The position numbers and the translations under genes were made by a program. Of a stretch of 64,000 nucleotides of DNA, positions 50,801 through 61,516 are shown piece after piece; the first letter of the stretch is position 1; each line of letters begins with the position of its first letter. The DNA lies in assembly GCA_014905635.1 (NCBI GenBank), contig JABVCE010000007.1:1240001-1304000 (forward strand), given 5' to 3'. Under the pieces are notes generated by a model. It worked only from the letters and a program-made list of their open reading frames with translations, did no database searches and was not told the origin of the DNA. The DNA is from Scenedesmus sp. PABB004. Its lineage: Eukaryota.

Positions 50801-51294
50801 TCTGTTCCACCCACTTGGGCAGCGGCGAGCCGGCGGGCGAGGCGGCGCCGGAGGAGGCCCGCGGGCTGCCGCCGCCGGCGGTGTGCGCGGCGGGGATGGT
50901 GAAGCCCACGCCCGGGCCCCGCGCGGGGCCGTCGCTCGACATCAGCCCCGCGTCGGGCGCCTCATGCTGGTAGCCGCGCAGGTAGGTGAGCGTCTGCTTC
51001 CGCCCCAGGCTCTGCTTCTCCAGGCACGGCTGCGCGGCGCGCGAGAGCAGCGGCGCGCGCGCTCGGGTCCGCGCAGCGCCACGACAGCGAGCCGGCGCCG
51101 GCGCCGTGCCAGCTGGTGGCTGGGCCGGGCCTCAGAGCCGTGCGCCGGGCCGGCCCAGCGGGCTGGCGCGCGCCGGCGAGCTGCGGGGGCGACGCGGTGC
51201 AGCAGGCCCCGCCCCCCCCCCCTGCCGCGACCGTGACCGCGCGCCTCACCGGCAGCGTCACGCTGTACCCGGGAAGCTTGGGGATGCCGTCCAT
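47899..51294 (-). CDS. RIB72: RIB72/EFHC1 axonemal microtubule inner protein (three DM10 domains plus degenerate EF-hand tail)
   Basis: PKLPGY, QTLTY..GY, VLRFFGYFEEAVPES..E..RVR..YYL.DDT..EP..NSGIPQG, VLRFYALWDDR, ERNSGRDPFP, PPYNGYGS.DDS.QNC, ILRF..RRFVLSYFLMDD..IFEPP.RNSGI.GGKFLER. Confidence 0.93.
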
Positions 51295-52086
51295 CGCGCC
51301 GCAGCGGCCGCCCTGCACCGTGCGCGGGGGGTGCCGAGGTCGCGTGCGCTGACCGGGCCGCGCTCGCGCGGAGGCGGTCGGGGCCGGGCTGCGAAGGAGA
51401 CGGCAGAGTGCGAGGAGCCGGGCAACGCGCGGAGGCAGCGCTGCGGGCCCGGCGCAGCAGCCGGCGGGGCGGCGTCGTGTCGGGCCGCCCTGCGCGGCGC
51501 AAGGCCACGGTGGTGCACGGCCGTGCACGGCAATGCTGCAGCGGATGAGGCTCATGCGGCCAGGGCAGGGCGGGCGAGCGCAGGAAGCCAGGCCAAGCAC
51601 CCCGCGTGGGTCGCGCGCTGCGCAGACGGCGGCGGCGCCCCAGCACCCGCGCCCGCGAGGGACCGAAGCTCGTCGATCAGCCGGAGCCGAGCTAGGGAAG
51701 CAGCACGTGGGGCTTTGCGCCCCCGGTTGAGCCACCGCGGCGGCGCTTGTGCAGCCAGTGATGGCTGCAGCCGCCGGCCGCGCCGCCGGCGCTCCGCAGG
51801 CCGTGGTACCAGCGCCGCGCCGCCCCGAGGCGAGTGGGGAGCTCGTGGGAGCTCACAGCCTGCGTGGGTGACGCGCAGCGTGAGGTGACGACCGGCGTCC
51901 GAGTTGACAGCAAAAATTCCATCGTCATGTCGCAGATCCAAAGCATGTCGCGGCGATGCGGCGGCGCGGCCGTCCGCGACTCCGCCACTCCCGCGAGCCG
52001 CCCCACCCATCGCACAGCGTCGTGCAGCCGCCGGTCGATCACTGAGCGCACCCGTCCCGCGTTGACGCCCGCGCCCGCGTTCCATC

Positions 52087-52882
52087 ATGGCCCGCCCTGT
52101 CCTCGTGGCGCTGCTGGTGGTGGCGGTGAGTCCGTCGGCAGCACTGCGACCGCGCGCCCGATCGCGCGGGCGGCGGGCAGCGCGCGGGCGGCCGGATGCA
52201 TGGCCGCGACGGCTGCGCCCGGGCAGCCGCGCCGCGGCGCGGTGAATCCGTTCCCGATTGATAACGGCGCGAGCTGACACTCTTCCCGCTCCCGCAGGCG
52301 CTCGCAGTCGCCGCTGGTGAGTCACCGGTCGGCGGCGCCTGGCCGCGGCGGAACCTGGCCGCGGCGACGTACAACCGTGCTTTCACGGCCAAGCAGGTCG
52401 CGACCACGCCCTCCAAGCCGACCCTGCCCGTGTTTGTGACCAAGACCCCCAAGCGCAGCCTGCTGGCGGCGGCCTACAACCGCGCGTTCACGGCCAAGCA
52501 GGTCGCGACCACGCCCTCCAAGCCGACCCTGCCCGTGTTTGTGACCAAGACCCCCAAGCGCAGCCTGCTGGCGGCGGCCTACAACCGCGCGTTCACGGCC
52601 AAGCAGGTCGCGACCACGCCCTCCAAGCCGACCCTGCCCGTGTTTGTGACCAAGACCCCCAAGCGCAGCCTGCTGGCGGCGGCCTACAACCGCGCGTTCA
52701 CGGCCAAGCAGGTCGCGACCACGCCCTCCAAGCCGACCCTGCCCGTGTTTGTGACCAAGACCCCCAAGCGCAGCCTGCTGGCGGCGGCCTACAACCGCGC
52801 GTTCACGGCCAAGCAGGTCGCGACCACGCCCTCCAAGCCGACCCTGCCCGTGTTTGTGACCAAGACCCCCAAGCGCAGCTGA
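52087..52882 (+). CDS. Secreted tandem-repeat peptide precursor (207 aa; exons 52087-52125 and 52298-52882)
   Basis: Exon 1 MARPVLVALLVVA ends at a GTGAGT donor. The intron has a CTGAC branch point, a pyrimidine tract and CAG. Exon 2 is in frame: ALAVAAGESPVGGAWPRRNL followed by five repeats, with 34 of 35 codons per repeat G/C-ending. Confidence 0.8.
52352..52879 (+). repeat. Five tandem 105-bp coding repeats (SLLAAAYNRAFTAKQVATTPSKPTLPVFVTKTPKR)
   Basis: ACGGCCAAGCAGGTCGCG recurs at 52385, 52490, 52595, 52700 and 52805. Units 2-5 are identical; unit 1 differs only in its first 30 nt. Confidence 0.97.
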
Positions 52883-53281
52883 GCTGGTTGGGGCAAGCGT
52901 GCGGACACGCATGTGCGTGTACGCAAGCGCCGGAGCGGAGCAGGTCGGGGCCGGCGGCGCGACCGTCCGTTGACCATTATGCTGCACGGGCACAGGCCTT
53001 CTGCAGTCATAAGACTTGTTTGGCGTACTAGTGCGACGGCACCGCTGGCTGCGCCAGGCGGCGAGATTGAGCTCGAGCGAGCCTAAGAACGGCCGAGTGG
53101 AGAAGCGCGCGCTCGTCGCGGCCGTCTGCCGCGGCGGCCGCGTGTGCCCCTCGCGCCCGCCCTGTGATGTACCCCAATGATTCATTCACCACCCATAAGG
53201 TGGTCTGCCTAGTTGATTGATTGGCCAACAACAACGGCGCTGCACTCCCCAGCATAGACTGCGCTCGAACCGGCTTGCACA

Positions 53282-53286
53282 TGTAA
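53282..53286 (+). promoter_or_regulatory. TGTAA polyadenylation signal, probably of the repeat-precursor gene
   Basis: ATGTAAC 400 nt downstream of stop 52882 and before the convergent LSM2 3' end. Confidence 0.55.
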
Positions 53287-53521
53287 CAGAGCCGTTGTTT
53301 GCTGGATTGGATGGCCGCGCGCGCGGGGCGGAGGCGAGAACGGCTGGAAGCCGGTGCCGCGAGATTACCAGCGCCGCCGCCGAGCCTCCGCGCGCGCGCT
53401 CAGCCCCGCAGCCAGCCTCTTGCAAGCCGCGCCGCGCCGCGCCCGCCCGCCGCGCCCCCCGCGCCGCGCCCGCGCCGCAGCCGACGCTCCGTCCCCTGTT
53501 TCCCTGCGCCGCCCCATCGCT

Positions 53522-54253
53522 TCACGCCGCCGCGCGCGCCTCGCGGCGCGTGGCGTCGTGCAGCAGCTCCACGTCAACGCTGCCCGCCGGCAGCTGCGCG
53601 ACGCGGCAGCAGTGTCGGCGGCGGTGGCGGCGCGAGCCGGCGGCCGACAGCAGCAGACGGCAGCCGCCTGCTGCTGCTCCGCATGCGCCCCCTGCGCGCG
53701 CTGCTGCTGCGCCGCGCCCTCACCAGCACGTAGCGCACGACGGAGCCGCGGACGAAGCAGTTGCGCACCGTCATCTGCGGCGCGACGGCGCGGCGCGGCG
53801 CGGTCGGGGCCCCCGCCGCTCGCTCCCCTGGACGCTGCGCGCCGCGCTGCGCCGCAGCTGCGCTGCCATCGCGGAGCCGCCGTCGCCGCTGCAGAGCGGC
53901 GGCGGCGGCGGCGCGGCGGCGTCGCGGCGCGCACCATGTGCGGGAACTTGTCGCTAGCGACGCGCGTCGCCGAGAGCTTGATGTTGAGGTACTGGTCCAC
54001 GCTGTGCAGCGTGCCCGTGATGGACAGGTCGTTCTTCAGCTCCACCGTCACCTACCCGGCGCGCGGCGGCGGCGGTGGGCGGTGGGCGCGCGGCGGCGAA
54101 GGGGGGGGGGGGGGCGGGCGCGGCCAGGCCTGCAGCGGCGCGGCGCCCTCTGCTGCTGCTGCGGCGCCGCGGCGCACGCAGCGGCGCCGGCCGCTGGCCC
54201 CGGCGCCGCACCTCCTTGCCGACCAGGGTCTTGAAGTAGGAGTAGAACAGCAT
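53522..54253 (-). CDS. LSM2: U6 snRNA-associated Sm-like protein LSm2
   Basis: MLFYSYFKTLVGKE|VTVELKNDLSITGTLHSVDQYLNIKL..KFPHM|MTVRNCFVRGSVVRYV|LP..VDVELLHDATRREA. Confidence 0.97.
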
Positions 54254-54716
54254 GGCGCCGCGAGGCCGCGCCCGGGCCCGCCGCCGCTGCTGCCGCGCGC
54301 CCCGCGCCGCGCGCGCCGCGCGCTCCCGCCCGCCGCTCGGCCCGGACTCCGCTGCCGCAGGTCAGGGGACGCGCCGGGGGAGGGCCTGCGGGGCGCTGCG
54401 CGCGCGGGCCGGGCGTGGAGCGGCGGTGATGAGGTGCTGCTGCTGCTGCTCTGCTCGAGGTTGCGCGCCTGGCGGATGGGAGTGCAGTGATGGTAGCGCG
54501 CCGGCGCAGGCCTGGTCGTGATGAACCGGGCGGCAGCCCTGACCCCCAAGTGACAAGAACGGCGCGCCTTTTCGGCGGCGGCTCCAGCTGCCCCTGATCG
54601 CCGCCCCTGCCCCAGTTTCGGCGCCGCCCCGCTCTCCCCACCACGTCGAGCAGCGCGCACGCTCGCAGCCCGCCGCCGCCCGCCGCACACCGCTGCTGCG
54701 CGCCGCTCGCCCCGCC

Positions 54717-55915
54717 ATGCGCGGCCGCGCGCGAGCGCTGGCGGCCGCAGCGGCGGCGGCAGCTGGCTGCTGCGCCCACCAGATGCCGCTGGGCGCGGCG
54801 CTCGGCGGCCAGCTCGGCGCGCCCGCGGCGCCGCGGCGGGCGCTCGCGCCGGCGCGCGCCGCCGCCGGCTTCGCGTCCCTGCGCGCCGACCTGGGCAGCG
54901 GCGCCGCGCTCGGCGACGTGCGCGGCCCCGCCGCCGCCGCGGGGGACGGCGGCGGCGACGAGAGCGACACCGCACGGCGGCGCGCCCGCCTGCTGAGCGC
55001 GGCGGGCGGCGGCCGATTCTATGACACCGTCACGGTGGCCCCCTGCCCGCCACCGGGCGGGCAGCAGCAGCAGCAGGGGCAGCAGCAGCAGCAGCAGCAG
55101 CAGCTGCAGCAGCAGCAGCAGCAGGCGGGGCAGCAGCAGCAGCACTACCAGCTGCTGCTGGGGCGGTACCCCATCAAGACGCCCGGGCAGCGGGCGCTCG
55201 TGCTGCCGAGCCGCGCGCTCGCGCTCGCGCTCGCGGCCGAGTGGGAGTGGCTGCCGCGCGGGCGGCCCGCGCCGCACCTCATGCCGCTCACGTCACTCGC
55301 GGCCACCGCGATCGACCAGCCCAAGGAGCGGGCCAAGGTGGTGGAGCACCTGCTGAAGTACACCCACACCGACGCGGCCTGCGTCAGGTGCGCGCACGCG
55401 CGCGAGCCCGGCGCGCCAGCCGGTGCCGCGGCACGCCGCGCGCGCGCCGGCGGCGGCGGCGGCGGCTCAGCGCGTCGCACGACCGCGCGGCCGCGCCGCG
55501 CCGCAGGTACGAGCCGGGGGCGCTGCAGCGCCGCCAGCAGCGCACGTTTGACCCGCTGCTCGCGTGGCTGAAGGCCGACCGCGGGTGGGACCTCGCGACG
55601 AGCGACAGCATCGCCGGCGCGACGCAGCCGCCCGCGTGCGTCGCGGCCGTGGGCGCGTGGCTGGGCGGCCTCGACGCGTGGCACCTCGCCGCCGCGGAGC
55701 AGCTCGTGCAGGCGAGCAAGAGCGTGGTGATCGCGGCCGCGCTGCTCGCGGGGCGGCTCAGCGTCGCCGAGGCGGTGCGCGCGGCGCGGCTGGAGGAGGA
55801 CTTTCAGCTGGAGGACTGGGGCATGGTCGAGGCGGGGCACGACCTGGACATCGCCGAGGCGCGCAGCCGCATCGGCGCGCCGTCCGTGTTTGTGCGCCTG
55901 CTCGCGCTGCCGTGA
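54717..55915 (+). CDS. ATP12: Mitochondrial F1-ATPase assembly factor Atp12/ATPAF2
   Basis: RFYDTV, IKTPG..LVLPSRALA.ALAAEWE, HLMPLTSLAATAID, SKSVVIA, AARLEEDFQ..WGMVEAGHD; one intron. Confidence 0.93.
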
Positions 55916-56070
55916 CCGGGGCGGCGGGCGGCGGGCGGCCGCGCGCGCGGTGCGCCGCCGTTTCCACGCGGGCAACGACTCCGAGCGACCGCCGCCCGGC
56001 CACGCGCCGCCGCCCAGCGCGCCGCGCGCCGCCGCCCAGCGCGCCGCCGCCCAGCGCGCCGCGCCGGGCC

Positions 56071-58553
56071 TCAGGCCACCGGGAAGCGCTCCTCGTTCGC
56101 GCGCTGCCAGAGAACGCAGGAGCACTCGAGCCTGCGGCGCCAGCGGCGCGGGCGCGCGGCGCGTCAGCGGCGGCCCGGCGTGCGCGTGCGCGGAGGGAGG
56201 CCGCGCGGGGCGCCGAGCGCGGCGCGCCGCGCCCACCAGGCGGGGCTGACCACGTGGCGCCCGTTCTGGCGCGCCCACGCGGCCTTCTCGGTGCCGCCGT
56301 GCGTGGCGACGACGTGCGTGGTCGCTTCGTCGCAGCCGCCGCCGCACACGGCGCCAAACTGCTCCGCGAGCTGCCACAGCGGGTGCGTGCGCGGGTTGGC
56401 CTCCAGCGGGATCACCCGGCTAAACACCAGCACCACGCCCGCGAGCACCTGCGGGACGGGACGCGGCGCAGCGCGCGCGGCGCGCGCAGCGTCGGCACGT
56501 GCCTGCCAGGGCGGCGCACGCACACAGGCACGCGCGCACCTGCCGCTTCTCTGCCGCCATGATGCGCCGCACGTCCCACGCCGCCGACGCCTCGGGCGCC
56601 GCGCTCGGCGGCGCGGCGCGCATGGCGGCAAACACCTGCGCCGGCGCGCGCGCGCGGGTGGGGGCCGGCGGTCGGCGGCTGCTGCCGCGCGCGCGCGCGC
56701 GCGCCTCGCCCCCAGCCGCAGGCCCGCGCGCGGACAAGGCCCGGCGCGCGCCCCACCTGCGCGTGCAGGTGCTCAAACACGCGCAGCGCCGTCATCAGCA
56801 TGCCGCGGCTGGGGCACTCGTCCCTGCGCGGCGCCGGCGGGGGCGTGGGCCGCGCGCGAGCTGCTGCGCACCCGCCGCGCCGCGCCGCGCCGCCGCCCGC
56901 CCACGCGCCGTCCCTGGGGCCCGGCGCGCGGCGCCCGCCCGCGCGCACGCGCCCGCCCGCCCGCCGCACCGGTCGATCTCCAGCAGGCTGCGCCCCTGCA
57001 GGCCGAGGCGCCGCCGGCGCGAGGGGAAGAAGACATAGCGCTCCACCACAAACAGGTTGGACCGGTCGCCCGGCCACACCGCCGCGCTGTCATCCACGAT
57101 CAGCACCACCGGCTGCAGCCCCTCCAGGCCCTGGCGGGCACGGGCGCGGCGGGGCGTGGGCGGGTGCCGCGGGGCGCGGGGCGCCGCGAGCGGGGCGCGT
57201 CTCCGCCGCGCGCCGCGCCTGCACGAGGCGCTTGTGGACGACGGCGTCGCCTGCGGCCTCGCCGTCGGGCCCGCTCGGCACGCCCTGCGCGATGACGCGC
57301 CCGCCAAAGAGCGTCCCCGCGGGGTCGAGCAGCTCCACCATCGCCTGCACCCCGCGGCCGCGGCGGCGCGGCGCGGCTCAGCGGCCGGGGGCGCCCGCGC
57401 GCGCGCAAGCGCGAGGGAGAGGCGGGAGGCAGGCAGAGAGGGACCAGCCCGCGCCGCGCGCCCCACGCCGCGCGCCCCCCGCCCCGCGCCCCGTGCTCAC
57501 GTCGGCATACGCCCTGCTGCCGGCGGTGTAGATCCACAGCTCAAAGCGCTCCGACGCGCGCGCCAGGAACGCGCGCACGCCCGGGCGCAGCTTCGTCCAC
57601 ATGCCCACGCGCCCGAGGCGGTGCAGGTCGCGCGCCTCGCGCGGCCGTGACAGCTGCGCGCCGGCGGCGGCGGTGCGGCGGCGGCGCGGCGCCGCGTGCG
57701 CTCAGCGCCGGCCGCGCGGGCCGGCGCAGCGGGCCGCACGCGCCCGCCCCACACCGCGCGCGCCGCGGCAGCCGCCGCCGCACCTGCTCGGCGGCCAGCT
57801 GCTCCAGCTTGAACTCCCACTCAGCGTCGACCTCGCTGAACTTGGCGCTGTTGACGAGCGTGTGGTCCAGGTCCAGCACCAGCACCAGCCGCCGCGCAGA
57901 CAGCAGGCCCTGCAGCACGCCCTGCGCGCGTGCAGGGTGAGCGCGGAGCCAGCAGCGCGGGCGCGCCACGCGGGGGCCGCGGGCGGGGGGCGGTGCGGCG
58001 CACCTGCAGCTGGCTGGGGTTGGCGAGCGCGGCGGCGACCTCGGGGAGCCCGGACAGCGCCACGCCGTTGGCGCCCGGCGCGTGGCCGGGCGGCGGCCCC
58101 GGCAGCGGCTGGTCGGGGCGCAGCCGCTTGGCCGCCTGCTGCTGCGGCGGCTCGTCGTCGCCCGCGTCGAGGTCCAAAATCTCAGGCATGTCCCGCTTGA
58201 CGCCGCCGCCGCTGGCGCCCTCGCCGGCGCCGCCGCCGAGCGTGGCCGTCTGCAGCACGATGCGCAGCTGCCCCCGCGGCGCCGCGGCGAGGCTGCTGGC
58301 GTCGCCGGGCGCGCCGCCGGCGCCCGGTGAGGGCGGCTGCGAGCCGCCCGGCGCGCCGCGCGAGCTCACCGCGCCCGCCGGCGCGTGGCTGGCCTCGCTG
58401 ACGGCGTCGTCCCGGCTGGCCGACGCCTGCATGCCGTCCGAGCGCCCGCTCAGCGGCTGCGGCGGCGGTGGCGGCGGCGGCGGCTGCGGCGGCGGCGGCG
58501 CCTGCTGCTGCTGCGCCGCGGGCGGCTCCTGCGCCGTGGGCGCCTGCTGCGCC

Positions 58554-58600
<47 letters not shown>

Positions 58601-59896
58601 GGGCGGCGGCGGCGGCGCGCCGCGGGCGAGCGGCACGCGCTGCTGCGGCTCGCCGCCGCCGCCGCCGTGCTCGCCGGGCTTGCCGTCGCCGCCGCGCGCG
58701 TCGCGGCTGGAAAAGAGGTGCCCAAAGTGCTTGCTCTCCCGGATCAGCGCCTCCACCTCGCGCTTCTGCGCCGCGGAGAAGACCTCGTGCCTGCCGCGGC
58801 CGCGCGGGCGGCGCGTCGTCGGGGCGGGCGCTGCGCCGCGGCGCGCGCCCCCGGCCGCGCCGCGTGCCGCCGTGCGCCGGCGCCGCGCGCCTGTAGTTGA
58901 CGGTCGTGCGCATGAGGTGGGCCGCGAGGTCCATGTCTCCGAGGCGCGCGAGGCCGGTGGAGGTGATGACGAGCACGTGCTTCAGCGCCGCGAGGATGCG
59001 GCCCGCGTACGCGTGCGCGACCGGGTACACCTCCACGCTGTCCTCGCGCTTGCGCTGCGCGGCGGCGCGGCGCGGCGCGGCGCGCGGGGGTGGGCCGCGG
59101 CGCCCCCGCGGCGCGCGGGGGCCACCCGCGGCGGCGCCCGCGGCGAGGGGCGCGCACCTTGATGCGGCGCAGGAGCTTGTCCAGCTTCTTGATCGCGTTG
59201 CGCAGGTCCTGCACCGCGACCACCCAGTTGCTGCGGCGCGGCGCGGGCGCGGGCGCGGGCTGGCGCGCGGGCGCGGGCGCGGGCGCGGGCGCGCCGCGCG
59301 CGGGGCGGCGGCGCACGCGGCAAGCGCCGCGTGCCGAGCAGCCCCGGCGCCGAGGCTCACTTGCGGACGTCCTGGAACGACAGGTCCTGCGTGAGCCGGT
59401 CCAGCTCGCGGCACAGCTCCGCGCGCTCGCGCTCCGCCTTGGCGCGCTCCGCCGCGGCGGCCGCCTCGGCCGCCTCGCGCTGCTGCCGCGCCGCGTCGCC
59501 GGGCGGCGGCGGCCCGCCGCCGCGCGCCAGCGGCGGCGCCGCGCGGCGCTCGCGGGAGCGGTCGCGCGAGGCGCCGCGCCGCAGCGGCTCGCCGCCGCGC
59601 CGGGGCCCGCCGCGCGGCGAGGAGGCGCCCCGCTCCGGCGGCGGCGGCGGCAGCACGACCGGGTGCGGCTGCGCCGCTGGCGGGTGCGCCTGTGGCGGTG
59701 CACGGGCACGGGTGGGCGGGGCGCGGCGCCGCGTCGGCGTGGCGCCGCCCGCGCTCACAACGGCAGCAGCGGCGCGCGCTGCTGCTCGCCGCCGCGCGCG
59801 CACCTGCGGCTGCGCGCCCGCGCCCGCCGCGGCCGGCTCATCGGGCAGCTCCCCCTCCTCGGAGAGCTCGCCCTCCTCGCGATTGTCCTCGCCCAT
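56071..59896 (-). CDS. RNA polymerase II CTD phosphatase FCP1/CPL3-like (FCPH + BRCT)
   Basis: LVLVLDLDHTLVNS (DxDxT), WTKLRPG..FELWIYTAG.RAYA, LIVDD..VWP..NL..VERY.FF, BRCT VLVFSRVIP..THVVA..GTEK..VSPAWL; N-terminal REEGEL. Confidence 0.92.
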
Positions 59897-60195
59897 GTCT
59901 GACGACTGCTGCGCCGGTTGATGGCGCTCCCCCCGGCGTCCAGGGGCGCCGCGGGCGCGCGTCGGCTGCCGGGCTGTGCGGGCGCCGGACCGGGCGCGGC
60001 GCGCGCTGCTCCCGGGCTGGAGGGAGCGGGAGCGGCGCGAGCGGACGCGCTTCAAAAATGCGTCGCGGTGAGTGCTCCGCTGCCCGCGCCCGCCATCCAT
60101 CCCGCCCGCCCGCCGCCGCGCGCCCCGCGATCCCGACCGCCACCAGCGCGCCCGCCGCCGCCGCCCCCGCCGCCGCGTGCCCGCCGCTCGAAGCG

Positions 60196-60821
60196 ATGCT
60201 CGTCCGCGTCGCGGGCCCCGACGGCGCGCCGCCGGAGTGGGCGCTGGTGGAGCTGCAGGGCAAGATCGAGCCGCAGCGCCCCGTGGAGCCGGGCGAGGCG
60301 CTGACCGTGGGCGCGCTGCAGCTCTCGGCGGCGGTGCGGCAGCGGCCGCCGGCCGCGGCGCCGGCCCGCCTGCGGCGCGCGCGCAGCCCCCGGCAGCGGC
60401 GGCGGCGGCGACGGCCCCCTCGCCGCCGCACGCGGCTCGCGCGCAGAACCCGGACGTGGTGACGCTGCAGGTCGGCTATCACGTCCTCGAGGGGCGGCGC
60501 GTGGCGCTGAAGAAGCCGCTGGCCATCCTGGAGAACCAGGCGGGGCGGCAGCAGCAGCAGGAGCAGCAGCAGCAGCAGCAGCAGGAGCAGCAGCAGGAAC
60601 ACGGCGGCGGCAGCCAGGACGGCGCGGCCGGCAGCCAGGGCGGCGCCGTGACGTGCAAGGTGCGGGCGTGCGCGGCGTGCGCCGGGCAGTCACCTGGCCT
60701 GGCGCGCCGACCTGCCGACCCGGCGCCGCCGCCGCCCGCGCAGGTGATCGGCGTGCTGCGGCACAAGTACCTGTTCAAGAACCGGCCAAAGGCGCTCATC
60801 TCAAAGCCGGGGCGCGGCTGA
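60196..60821 (+). CDS. CTF8: Chromosome transmission fidelity protein 8 (Ctf18-RFC subunit)
   Basis: EWALVELQG, LQVGYHVLEG..V.LKKPLAIL, GVLRHKYLFKNRPK. Confidence 0.9.
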
Positions 60822-61516
60822 GACGAGAGAGGGCGTCGAGCAGCAGCTGCGCAGCTGGGGGGCTGGGGCTGGCGCGCCGAGCGGGCTCGGTGTGACCAGG
60901 TTGCAAGGGCCCGAGCGCCCCCCGTCGGCGCGGGGCGCGCTGACGGACGGACCGCCCTCCCGCCCCGCCCCGCGCGCCCGCCAGCGCGCGGGCGGCGGCC
61001 AGCACAGGGCCAGCGCCGCGCGCCCGCCGTCCCGCGAGGGGACGGCAGCGCCCCCGACCCCCCTCCCCCGTGTTAGCTTTTTCGCAGCGGCCAAGCAAGT
61101 GCGGTCCGGTCGCCTAGAGTACACGCCGCCCAGTTCAGCGCGGGGGCAGCCCCGGCAGCCGCCGCCCACGAGCGGGCTGGCGGCGCCTAGTCCAGTTCAC
61201 CAAGCCCGCCGCCCGGCAGCCCCGGGCGCTCGTCGCGCGTCCACGTGCGGCGGACAGGCGCCCCCCGCCCCAGCGCCCCGGCCGCCCGCCGCCCCGCCGC
61301 TGCCACCCGCACATACACGTACACACACGCTCGCGCGGCACATGCACACACGCCGGTTGGCACAGCAAAACACAGTCCGCGCGCATGCACACCGACGCCC
61401 ACACGCGCGCGCACGCTGTGCGCGAAGCGCGCAGCGTCGCCCCCGGGACGGCACGCCGCGCGCGCCGGCATCGCCGGCGCCGCCGCCGCCGCCAGCCGGC
61501 GCCGCTCGCTCGCTCG

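Noticed and set aside
52352..52879. 105-bp repeat array as a CRISPR array or satellite
   Set aside because: No unique spacers; the period is a multiple of three, with strong codon bias and an in-frame signal-peptide exon.
52322..53185. 287-aa antisense ORF over the repeats (LGGLGHKHGQGR...)
   Set aside because: Shadow of the + strand frame; signal peptide, splice signals, synonymous variation and TGTAA all support the + strand.
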